Positions 10,070 through 17,440 of a stretch of 64,000 nt of DNA are shown here, one piece after another; position 1 is the stretch's first letter; the number at the start of each line of letters is the position of its first letter. Both the position numbers and the translations under genes were made by a program. The notes beneath the pieces were generated by a model. It did not search any database. It had not been told where the DNA came from and saw nothing but the letters and a program-made list of their open reading frames with translations. The stretch is taken from NCBI GenBank assembly GCA_964597545.1, contig CAZQXN010000001.1, forward strand, positions 133,655 through 197,654, given 5' to 3'. Origin of the DNA: an uncultured Planctomycetia bacterium (GTDB lineage Bacteria > Omnitrophota > Gorgyraeia > 1-14-0-20-64-10).

Positions 10070-10936
10070 TTACACCACATCTGCGAAAATCTTTTCCATT
10101 CTCCGAAAATAGAACGCGCCGCTAACCAACAAGGCGGCGGAGACAATCATTGAAAGAAGTAGCATGTTGCGCGGAGGGTAGGTTCCCAGGAGAGCCCACC
10201 GGAAGCCCTCAACCACGCCCACCATCGGATTGATCCCGTAGAGGGTGCGCCAGGGTTCGCTCAGCAGGCTGCTTGGATAAATAACGGGTGTGGCAAACAT
10301 CCAGAACTGGATTAGGAAGGGGACGATGTGGCGCACATCTCTAAAGCGTACGTTGAGCGCGGAAAGCCACAGGCCCACGCCCAGAGCAGTCGTCAGAGCC
10401 AGAAGGAGGAACGCCGGGAAGGTGAGGATTCGGTAGGTTAACTCAACGTCGTAGTAGACCATCATGAGGAGCAGCATGACGAAAGCGATGCAGAAATCGA
10501 AGATGCCGGAGAAAACACCGGCAACGGGAATGGTGAGGCGGGGGAAGTAGACCTTTCGGAGGAGGTTGGCACTGCCAACCATGCTGTTGGAGCTCTGGCC
10601 GAGGGACTGAGAAAAGTAGTTCCAGGGCAGCAGTGCCGCATAGCTGAAGATGGGATAGGGAACGCCATCGGATGGCATCTTGGCGAGACGGCCAAAGAAG
10701 ATGCTGAAGACCACCATCGTGGAAAAGGGCTGAATGATGGCCCAGGCAGCACCCAGTGTTGTCTGTTTGTAACGGACCTTGACGTCCCGCCAAACCAAGA
10801 AATAGAGGAGCTCGCGGAATTCCCACAACTCCCTGAAATCAATACCCCTCCAACCCTTGGAGGGAGCGATAACCTCCTTGTGGAGGGCTTCGTCTTTTGC
10901 GTGACGAGGTGTATGCTTGTTTCTGTCTTTGAACAT
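10070..10936 (-). CDS. wzm: ABC-2 type polysaccharide exporter permease (Wzm/TagG type)
   Basis: 288-aa, six-helix ABC-2 permease immediately upstream of wzt, 3 nt apart. Confidence 0.75.
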   Translation of the reverse strand: MFKDRNKHTPRHAKDEALHKEVIAPSKGWRGIDFRELWEFRELLYFLVWRDVKVRYKQTTLGAAWAIIQPFSTMVVFSIFFGRLAKMPSDGVPYPIFSYAALLPWNYFSQSLGQSSNSMVGSANLLRKVYFPRLTIPVAGVFSGIFDFCIAFVMLLLMMVYYDVELTYRILTFPAFLLLALTTALGVGLWLSALNVRFRDVRHIVPFLIQFWMFATPVIYPSSLLSEPWRTLYGINPMVGVVEGFRWALLGTYPPRNMLLLSMIVSAALLVSGAFYFRRMEKIFADVV

Positions 10937-11036
10937 TGGGGTATCTTGTTAACCCAATCAGGATACACCATCTTTTTGGGGTTGGCGAATAGAATGATGG
11001 TGGTTTCTAGCGCGGGGAAGAGCTTGTGGGAATAAA

Positions 11037-12040
11037 TGTCAAGGGTAACACTCAAAGATAACAAAAACACTACGCTGCGAGCTGCTTCTGAAGTACCGTT
11101 TGTAGCCGCTCATAGGGTGTCTGGCTCCCTAGGGCCCAATGGGGCCGCTGGTAATTGTAGTAATCCTGCCACCGCTGGAGCTTGGTATTTAACTCTTCCG
11201 TTGAGGCGTAGGTCAGCCCACCGTAGAACTCTTCGTCATCGGTCTTATGGCTGCGTTCCACCTTGCCGTTGAGTCTGGGGCTACGGGGCTTGATGTATCG
11301 ATGCTGAAGACCCTTATCTAGGCAATGCCAATGGAAGCCGCTCTGGAACTCGCTACCGTTGTCTGTACGGACAATTTGAACCTGGAAAGGCATCTGAGTC
11401 AGGACGTGATCCAAAAAGGCGATAGCGTTGACCTGAGTGGTCCTTTCGTAGATCCTAAGGACTCGAAGCCGGGTGGTGTCGTCCAGAGCCGTAAACTGGT
11501 AGCGCTTTGGTCGACCGTCTCGCTTGCCACCCGGGACCTTAACGTCAATCTGGACATGGCGTCCAGGAACAGCTTGCTCGTAGCGCTTAAAGAGCCTTGC
11601 ACCCCGTATCCGTTCGCCCCTCAGCAACCGGTTTTCGCCCTCAACCTTGAGGATGTGGTAGATCGTCGCGGTCGTGCAGGTAACTCCATGGTAGCGCTTG
11701 AGGTACATATGGATCCTGGAAGGTCCGAAGCGGTAGGTTCTTCTCAGATGCAAGATGAGCTCCCTGGCCTCCCGGGGTGTTCCTCGAGGACTGCGGTGGG
11801 GCCTTCGGCTACGATCTTTGAGACCCTCAACTCCATGCGCTTCGTATCGGTGCAACCACTTGTAGTAAATCCGCCTGGAGATGCCAAAATGTCGACATGC
11901 CCTAGATACGTTGATCTTTTGAGCGTAGGCGAACCAGGCAAGCCTGAGTTTGATACAGCGGTCTTCATGAGACATTCGTTAACCCTCCGTAAAAACAACT
12001 TCAAAACCAATACAACTACCATAAAGTGTTAACCATGTCT
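11037..12040. mobile_element. IS481-family insertion sequence (~1.0 kb) with imperfect terminal inverted repeats
   Basis: A single DDE transposase ORF fills the element. The left end TGTCAAGGGTAACACTCAAAG and right end ...AAAGTGTTAACCATGTC(TC) share an imperfect GGTAACACT / AGTGTTAACC inverted repeat. Boundaries are +-10 bp. No clear target-site duplication is resolved. Confidence 0.55.
11070..11975 (-). CDS. IS481-family DDE transposase
   Basis: N-terminal HTH (ACRHFGISRRIYYKWLHRY) plus integrase-core rve domain (QIDVK...TALDDTTR...VRTDNGSEF...ERSHKTDDEEF) gives the DDE triad. Confidence 0.8.
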   Translation of the reverse strand: MSHEDRCIKLRLAWFAYAQKINVSRACRHFGISRRIYYKWLHRYEAHGVEGLKDRSRRPHRSPRGTPREARELILHLRRTYRFGPSRIHMYLKRYHGVTCTTATIYHILKVEGENRLLRGERIRGARLFKRYEQAVPGRHVQIDVKVPGGKRDGRPKRYQFTALDDTTRLRVLRIYERTTQVNAIAFLDHVLTQMPFQVQIVRTDNGSEFQSGFHWHCLDKGLQHRYIKPRSPRLNGKVERSHKTDDEEFYGGLTYASTEELNTKLQRWQDYYNYQRPHWALGSQTPYERLQTVLQKQLAA

Positions 12041-12156
12041 CTTAATTCTCCACGTTCAAAAGAGCTCCTCTGGCGTCGAGCACACCCTCTGTGCTACAAT
12101 AAAGTGGAACCTTAGTATTATCGTACACTTGATAGAAGCTCAAATTACCCCATCTT

Positions 12157-12837
12157 ATGAAAACGGCGGAACGAGAAGCGGCACGGAAGCTGCGTAGGGC
12201 TGGCCACTCGATGAGAGAAATCGCAGGCCAGATCAACTGCGCTAAGAGCTCAATCAGCAGATGGCTTCAAGATATTCCTTTGCGCCCTCAGCAAATTGAA
12301 CGATTGAACTCAAACCAGGACAGGGGCCGGGCTAAAGCTGCAAATCATCCCAATAGCCCTAAAATGGTATGGGCGAAGATACGCAACGAAACCATGCAAA
12401 TGGCTTCAAGGGAGCTGCCCCTTCGCTGTTCCATGGAAATGCTGAAAATTTCGGGCGCCTGCTTGTATTGGGCGGAGGGCTACAGGGCCAGCTTTAACAT
12501 GGTCAACTTCAGCAACTCAGACCCATCCATGATCAGGTTCATGATGGCCTTCTTCCGAAGAGTTTGCAGAGTACCGCCTGCTAAATTCCGAGGCGTGGTC
12601 CATATCCATCCTCACTTAAACAGCAACGCTGCTTGTAAATATTGGTCTCAGATAAGCGGAATACCCCTAAACCAATTTCATAGAACTCAGTTCGCTATTA
12701 GCCGGTCCAGTCGGCAAAAACGGGATTCGCTGCCTCGGGGAACCTTCAGAATTGTCATCTCGGATACGCATCTTCAATGCCGGATCAGAGGCTGGATTGA
12801 AGGAATGCAGCGGTGGGCGAATAGCTCAGTTGGTTAG
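12157..12837 (+). CDS. Hypothetical protein with N-terminal HTH
   Basis: MREIAGQINCAKSSISRWL is HTH-like and the rest is unassigned. The 3' end overlaps the tRNA-Val gene by 23 nt, so the true stop or even the reality of this ORF is uncertain. Confidence 0.35.
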   Translation: MKTAEREAARKLRRAGHSMREIAGQINCAKSSISRWLQDIPLRPQQIERLNSNQDRGRAKAANHPNSPKMVWAKIRNETMQMASRELPLRCSMEMLKISGACLYWAEGYRASFNMVNFSNSDPSMIRFMMAFFRRVCRVPPAKFRGVVHIHPHLNSNAACKYWSQISGIPLNQFHRTQFAISRSSRQKRDSLPRGTFRIVISDTHLQCRIRGWIEGMQRWANSSVG

Positions 12838-12891
12838 AGCACTCGGCTTACATCCGAGAGGTCACAGGTTCGAGCCCTGTTTCGCCCACCA
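12815..12891 (+). tRNA. tRNA-Val (anticodon TAC)
   Basis: Cloverleaf read by hand. Acceptor GGGCGAA/UUCGCCC, D-arm GCUCAGUUGGUUAGAGC, anticodon stem CUCGG/CCGAG with loop CUUACAU, T-arm ACAGG-UUCGAGC-CCUGU, encoded CCA. Confidence 0.85.
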
Positions 12892-12951
12892 CCTTTCTGA
12901 AAAGACAGACTGGCCAATTCTCTCAATTTGCTCTAAGATGGATACTCTTCC

Positions 12952-13030
12952 GGGGTCGTAGCTTAGTCCGGTTCAAAGCGCCTGCCTGTCACGCAGGAGA
13001 GCGCGGGTTCAAATCCCGTCGGCCCCGCCA
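12952..13030 (+). tRNA. tRNA-Asp (anticodon GTC)
   Basis: Acceptor GGGGUCG/CGGCCCC, anticodon stem CCUGC/GCAGG with loop CUGUCAC, T-loop UUCAAAU, discriminator G, encoded CCA. Confidence 0.85.
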
Positions 13031-13063
13031 CTGCCTGTAACGTTCTGTGGTATATTCTATTAT

Positions 13064-13882
13064 GTGAATCCACTGGAGCGTTTCTGTACCTCCCTGCGTC
13101 ATCACCCAGTTTTTGAAAATATCCCGCTCTGGGATGTTGTTCGGCCCGCCTACAACACCCTCCTTAACATCATCGCATCCAAGAGAGGTCTTGAGCGAAA
13201 TATGAACGGTATGGATTCCATGCGCCTCCATCCGAGGTGGCGGGGAGTTCAGGAAAACTATGAGCCTCTCGTTTGGAAACACATGATGAACCATGTGCGG
13301 AAAGGGGATACTGTTGTCGATGTTGGAGCTTTTATCGGACTGTACGCAATCGCCTTAGCAAAGCGAGTGGGGCCTGGGGGGCTTGTTCTGGCTTTCGAGC
13401 CAGATCCTTCAACCTTCGGATGGCTCCAACAACACGTCGCGCTGAATCATGTAGGGGTTAGGGTAAAGCTCTTCCAATCGGCGGTAGGCCATCAAGTGGG
13501 CAAAGCAAATTTCATGTCAGGAATAAACTCCCAGGCCCACGTAGAAGCAAACCAATATGTCGGAATCAAGGTACCTATTACGACTCTCGATAAGGAACTC
13601 CCAAATCAGCGAGTAGATGTCCTTAAGATAGACGTCGAAGGCTTTGAGGAAAAGGTGCTTCAGGGCGCCATTCGGCTCCTTAAGGATCCGATTCGTTGCC
13701 CTCGGAGCATCTACATAGAGATGCATCCCTATGCGTGGAAAGAGCTGGGGAGCGCGGGTAAATCGTTGTTACGTTTGCTCAGAGATTGCGATTACAAGAT
13801 TTCAAAGCTGGACGGGCATCCCGCCGAGAATATTGATGATTACGGCGAGATTGTGGCGAGCAGGAATCTAGATAACCGATAG
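13064..13882 (+). CDS. FkbM-family SAM methyltransferase
   Basis: DVGAFIGLYAIALAKRVGPGGLVLAFEPDPSTF...VDVLKIDVEGFEEKVLQG matches the FkbM-domain architecture. Confidence 0.7.
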   Translation: MNPLERFCTSLRHHPVFENIPLWDVVRPAYNTLLNIIASKRGLERNMNGMDSMRLHPRWRGVQENYEPLVWKHMMNHVRKGDTVVDVGAFIGLYAIALAKRVGPGGLVLAFEPDPSTFGWLQQHVALNHVGVRVKLFQSAVGHQVGKANFMSGINSQAHVEANQYVGIKVPITTLDKELPNQRVDVLKIDVEGFEEKVLQGAIRLLKDPIRCPRSIYIEMHPYAWKELGSAGKSLLRLLRDCDYKISKLDGHPAENIDDYGEIVASRNLDNR

Positions 13883-13926
13883 CTGTGGTTGCTCAACTTG
13901 ACCAACCTCCTAGCATCCTCGGACTC

Positions 13927-14017
13927 CGCCCAAACCCGAAAATCATCCAGAAACGTGTTAAAATCCCCTTCTGAGGGGCTATCAGGAGTTCGAAAATCGT
14001 CCCGTCGGCCCCGTTTT
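13927..14017. repeat. Intergenic repeat family, copy A (~90 bp) containing an extended -10 element TGtTAAAAT
   Basis: GCCCAAACCCGAAAATCATCCAGAAACGTGTTAAAATCCCCTTCTGAGGGGCTATCAGGAGTTCGAAAATCGTCCCGTCGGCCCCG is ~85% identical to copy C at 15144..15236. Confidence 0.6.
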
Positions 14018-14029
14018 TACAAAACCAGC

Positions 14030-14059
14030 GGTACCGGGTACAAGCCTGTACCCGGTACC
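14030..14059. repeat. Perfect 13-bp inverted repeat (GGTACCGGGTACA-AGCC-TGTACCCGGTACC)
   Basis: Seen directly. Hairpin with a 4-nt loop lying between repeat copy A and a terminator. Confidence 0.6.
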
Positions 14060-14084
14060 GTATTGTTTAACTTCAAATAAGAAG

Positions 14085-14119
14085 GCCAGTTACGTTAATG
14101 CGTAGCTGGCCTTTGTTTT
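14085..14119 (+). terminator. Rho-independent terminator
   Basis: GGCCAGTTACG-TTAATG-CGTAGCTGGCC, an 11-bp stem with one G-U pair, followed by TTTGTTTT. Confidence 0.55.
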
Positions 14120-14307
14120 CTATCCTCTTTTTGAGGGCTTAAGCCTGGATAAGAACGTGCAAGTCCCGATCCAGCTGCCGCCGTTGTTCAGGGCTTAAGC
14201 TGTTGACCGGAAGGCCGAAATTCGGTGGATTCAAACCGCTAGCGCAACACGACTCTGTGAAAGGCAGATTCAAAACGGCAGCAGCGAAGGTCAGCTGTTC
14301 GACTGGC

Positions 14308-14372
14308 TTTCCGGCCATCCGATTCGGCCCAGACAAAATCAGCCAGAAACGTGCTAAAATCACCCTGCAGGA
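14308..14372. repeat. Intergenic repeat family, copy B (truncated), supplying the promoter of the MNT/HEPN pair
   Basis: CATCCGATTCGGCCCAGACAAAATCAGCCAGAAACGTGCTAAAATCACC aligns to the left half of copies A and C. The extended -10 TGcTAAAAT lies at 14352..14360, followed by SD GGAG at 14370 and ATG at 14381. Confidence 0.55.
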
Positions 14373-14380
14373 GAAAAAGA

Positions 14381-14713
14381 ATGGGCCGAAAAACACAGTT
14401 AGAGCAAGAACTCAGAAGAATTACCGATCTCATCCTTCAGGGTTATCAACCAGAACGGATCATCTTGTTTGGGTCGTTGGCCCGGGGTCAAGTTCACGAC
14501 TGGAGCGATATTGATTTGGCGATCGTCAAGGAAACGCCGGAAAGATTCATTGACCGGATCGGCTCGGTTCTTCAGCTCACTCATCCACAAGTCGGTTTGA
14601 ACGTAGTCGTTTACACGCCCCAAGAAGTTGCCGACATGGAACGGTCAGACCATTATTTCTGGATAGACGAAATTGCTGGGAAAGGAACTGTTCTTTATGA
14701 CAGAGCCGCATAA
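14381..14713 (+). CDS. Minimal nucleotidyltransferase (MNT) antitoxin of a HEPN/MNT pair
   Basis: ILFGSLARGQVHDWSDIDLAIV matches the GS...DxD Pol-beta NTase motif. The ATG at 14381 sits behind a GGAG SD. The track's GTG at 14351 is rejected as start. The stop overlaps the HEPN start. Confidence 0.75.
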   Translation: MGRKTQLEQELRRITDLILQGYQPERIILFGSLARGQVHDWSDIDLAIVKETPERFIDRIGSVLQLTHPQVGLNVVVYTPQEVADMERSDHYFWIDEIAGKGTVLYDRAA

Positions 14714-15086
14714 ATGGCTGGAGTTTGCACGAGAAGATTTCGTTCTCGCCGAAGTGGCGCTCGAGAAAAAGATCTACAATCAAGTCTGCTTTCATGCCCA
14801 GCAAGGGGTAGAAAAAGCTCTCAAGGGATTCCTCCGCACCCAGAGCCGAAGCGTGCCCAAAGTTCATGTTCTGAATGAATTGGTGGCGCTTTGCCGAGAA
14901 ATCGACAGCAGTTTTTCTAAACTCGAACAGACATGCCTGAAGCTGGACCGATTCTACATCCTCACGCGCTACCCTGACGCTTTGCCTGGGGTTGGCTCTG
15001 AGGGAATGCCCACCGCCCAGGATGCCCAAGAGGCCGTTGATCTGCTCGGGAAGGCTCTACGCTGGATCCAAGGGAAGATTTCCTAG
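14698..15086 (+). CDS. HEPN-domain protein (toxin partner of MNT)
   Basis: CFHAQQGVEKALKGFL and a C-terminal YILTRYPD match the PF05168-type HEPN signature. The start ATG at 14698 overlaps the MNT stop by 16 nt. Confidence 0.7.
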
Positions 15087-15143
15087 CGCCTAACGCAAAT
15101 CCCCTGAAGCTTTCCCCCTAGCTTCCTGGCCTCTTCCGATACA

Positions 15144-15236
15144 GCCCAAATCCTAAACTCCCCCAGAAACGTGTTAAAATCCCCTTCTGCGGGGCCCCAA
15201 GGAGTTCGAAAGTCGTCCCGTCGACCCCCGTTCCTC
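15144..15236. repeat. Intergenic repeat family, copy C (~90 bp) with extended -10 TGtTAAAAT
   Basis: Aligns to copy A along its whole length. It sits downstream of the HEPN gene, so copies B and C bracket the TA pair. Confidence 0.6.
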
Positions 15237-15387
15237 AATGGACACAACGAACTGTTACGAATGGCGTTATCGCGACAATTCTCTCTTCTCCTGAAGGGGC
15301 ACAACTAGGCATCAGCCTTGCATTGAATCTCAGGGGTTGTTCGAAAGCGCTGCGGGGGTGCTTTGGGGGTGGGGCAAAGGAGGTTTG

Positions 15388-17268
15388 TTACGATTCTGCT
15401 GTGGCGGCTGCGGTAGCCGGCTGGCCGTCACCTCCGTTAGGGACCGGTTCGGCCGGACGGGGTTGTTCAGTCCAGTCTAAGGCCTGCACGGTCTTAAAGA
15501 GGATCCCGCCACAGATCAAACAGACAATGCCAGCTCCGATGGCCTCCTTGTGGAAGCCCAAGAAGAACCACTGCAATCCCATCATGACCGAGTAAACCGT
15601 CCCGATCCCCGTCAGCCAGCAAACGATGTTGTTCCACCCAACGCGCTGCGGCTTCAACTCCGGCCACCGGCTTTTACACTCTTTGGCAATCGGGCCCCAC
15701 CAGCCGGGTGGCCTGACCCGCCTGTAGAAGCTGATGAGCACCTCCTGATCCGTCGGCTTAGAGAGGAGAGTTACCGTTACCCAGACGATGGTACAGAGAA
15801 TAATGGTGAGGACCACTTGAACGGCATACCACTCCCCTGTCTTGATCTGAGGCACCATAAGCAGCAGATTGGAGATGATGAAGCTTGAAATCAAGGCGGA
15901 CAGCTCCGACTTTGCGCTGATCCGCCACCAGTACCACCTCAGAAGCGGCACCAGCACGCCCCCGGCCATCATGGCGGTCAGGAAGAGCCACGCCCGGTAT
16001 ACAGAGCTGAGTTTCCATGCCCCGTAGGCGCCCAAGAGCACAACCAGAACCGACACGACCCGCGAGATAACGACGTAATGCCCTTCTGATTTTTTCCGGA
16101 CCACAAAGCGCTTGTACAGGTCGTTGACGATGTAGGAAGCGCCCCAGTTGATGTGTGTGGCCACGGTGGACATGAAGGCCGCCAGCATGGCCGCAACCAT
16201 GAGGCCTTTTAAGCCAATCGGCATGAACATCACCATCATCCGGGGATATGCCATCTCTGGATCGGCAAGTCGAGGCAGATAGATGAGCGACGCCAGCCCC
16301 ACGATGACCCATGGAACAGCCCGGATGGCATAGTTCCAGATGTTGTACCACAACAGCGCTCCCACCGCGTGACGGCCGTTGCGGCAGGAGAGCAGCCGCT
16401 GCGCCAAGAAGCCACTGCCGTCGGCCCCACCCCACCAGTTCACCATCAGGAAGGTCATGAAGGTGAAGATGGCCAGGTTCGAAGCCTCTAGGTTCGGAGC
16501 AAAGCGTAGGAGCTGACTGGGGTCTGCCACGGGGCTGGGCAGATCCGGCTGCCCATGGAGGGCCTGCGCCGCTGCTACGGCCTTGGTGGCCAGCGCAGTG
16601 GGTCCACCGACGTGGGCCAGGACAATCCCGGCCAGCGCCACCACCCCGATCATCGCCACAATAAACTGCATCAGGTCCGTGTACATGACCCCCCAGAGAC
16701 CAGACAGAGTGGTGTAGACAGCAGTCAGCCCCACCAGGATGGCGATGGCGGTCAGCTTCGGCCAGCCGAAGACCTCAGTACAGATCTTCTGCATCCCAAG
16801 AAAGACCCAGGCCAGCGTCACCGTATTGGCTATCAGAGATCGGAAGGAGGCGTGGAACATCCGAAGCCCTTTAGCGGTCCGGCCGCCATAGCGAAGCTCT
16901 ACCAACTCGACATCGGTCAAGACGCGCGAACGCTGCCAGAGCTGAGCAAAGAAAAAGGCGGCCATCATCGTGCCAATGAGGCCGCTCCACCAGTACCAGT
17001 TGCCCTGAAAGCCCTGCGTGCGGACAATGCGCGCAATGGCCAGCGGCGTATCCGCCGCAAAGGAGGTCGCCACCATGGAGGTGCCGGCGAGGAACCAGTT
17101 GAGCTTGCGGCCGGCAACAAAGTACTCGGTGAGGCTCTGGGAAGCGCGCTTGGTAAAGGCCATCCCGATCCAGAGCGAGATGATCCCGTAACCAATGATG
17201 ACAGCCCAGTCGATCGCGCTTAAGGCAATGTAATCGTGATCCAAGACGATTGTCCTCCCGGAGGGCAT
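15388..17268 (-). CDS. Sodium:solute symporter family (SSF) transporter
   Basis: YFVAGRKLNWFLAGTSMVATSFAADTPLAIA is the SSF signature. 626 aa with 13 or more predicted TM segments. Confidence 0.7.
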   Translation of the reverse strand: MPSGRTIVLDHDYIALSAIDWAVIIGYGIISLWIGMAFTKRASQSLTEYFVAGRKLNWFLAGTSMVATSFAADTPLAIARIVRTQGFQGNWYWWSGLIGTMMAAFFFAQLWQRSRVLTDVELVELRYGGRTAKGLRMFHASFRSLIANTVTLAWVFLGMQKICTEVFGWPKLTAIAILVGLTAVYTTLSGLWGVMYTDLMQFIVAMIGVVALAGIVLAHVGGPTALATKAVAAAQALHGQPDLPSPVADPSQLLRFAPNLEASNLAIFTFMTFLMVNWWGGADGSGFLAQRLLSCRNGRHAVGALLWYNIWNYAIRAVPWVIVGLASLIYLPRLADPEMAYPRMMVMFMPIGLKGLMVAAMLAAFMSTVATHINWGASYIVNDLYKRFVVRKKSEGHYVVISRVVSVLVVLLGAYGAWKLSSVYRAWLFLTAMMAGGVLVPLLRWYWWRISAKSELSALISSFIISNLLLMVPQIKTGEWYAVQVVLTIILCTIVWVTVTLLSKPTDQEVLISFYRRVRPPGWWGPIAKECKSRWPELKPQRVGWNNIVCWLTGIGTVYSVMMGLQWFFLGFHKEAIGAGIVCLICGGILFKTVQALDWTEQPRPAEPVPNGGDGQPATAAATAES

Positions 17269-17339
17269 TTCGAAGGAAATTTTGTAACCCGTTTATTGTA
17301 AGTGATTTCTCCGATAATGCAACCATAAATCCGCTCTTT

Positions 17340-17375
17340 TACCAGGCATGCCCGGAGCAAAAGCAATGTTATAAT
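17340..17375 (+). promoter_or_regulatory. Putative sigma70 promoter with extended -10 (TGtTATAAT) for carB1
   Basis: TGTTATAAT at 17367..17375 lies ~65 nt upstream of the carB1 ATG. The -35 is weak. Confidence 0.4.
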
Positions 17376-17440
17376 AAAACCTGCTGGAAAGACCAATCCC
17401 TCGTTCGTCTTTGCAATCACCTGATAAGGAGAGCCAATTC

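Noticed and set aside
12989-13294. - strand 101-aa ORF
   Set aside because: It overlaps tRNA-Asp and the start of the FkbM gene. This is an antisense artefact.
13981-14010. tRNA-like T-arm (GAGTTCGAAAATC) inside the repeat
   Set aside because: No complementary T-stem or acceptor stem could be formed. It is probably a coincidental TTCGAAA.
13889-14080. 63-aa + ORF
   Set aside because: It lies wholly within the intergenic repeat copy A and the hairpin. It is low-complexity S/R-rich.
15116-15130. Shared 11-mer TAGCTTCCTGG between repeat copy C and DR1/DR2
   Set aside because: Only 11 nt are shared, with no extended alignment. It is noted as a possible distant relation but not treated as one family.
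13927-15236. Integron attC-site interpretation of repeats A/B/C around the TA cassette
   Set aside because: There is no intI nearby. GTTRRRY/RYYYAAC cores are not recognisable. The copies are direct repeats rather than imperfect palindromes.
15758-16435. 225-aa - strand ORF and other internal ORFs
   Set aside because: The ORFs at 15550..15888, 15978..16196, 16555..17223 and 16871..17326 are alternative-frame or antisense ORFs inside the SSF transporter gene. This is typical of high-GC sequence.
17411-17440. TTG start at 17411 for carB1
   Set aside because: AAGGAG-7nt-ATG at 17441 matches the conserved MPKRQD N-terminus.
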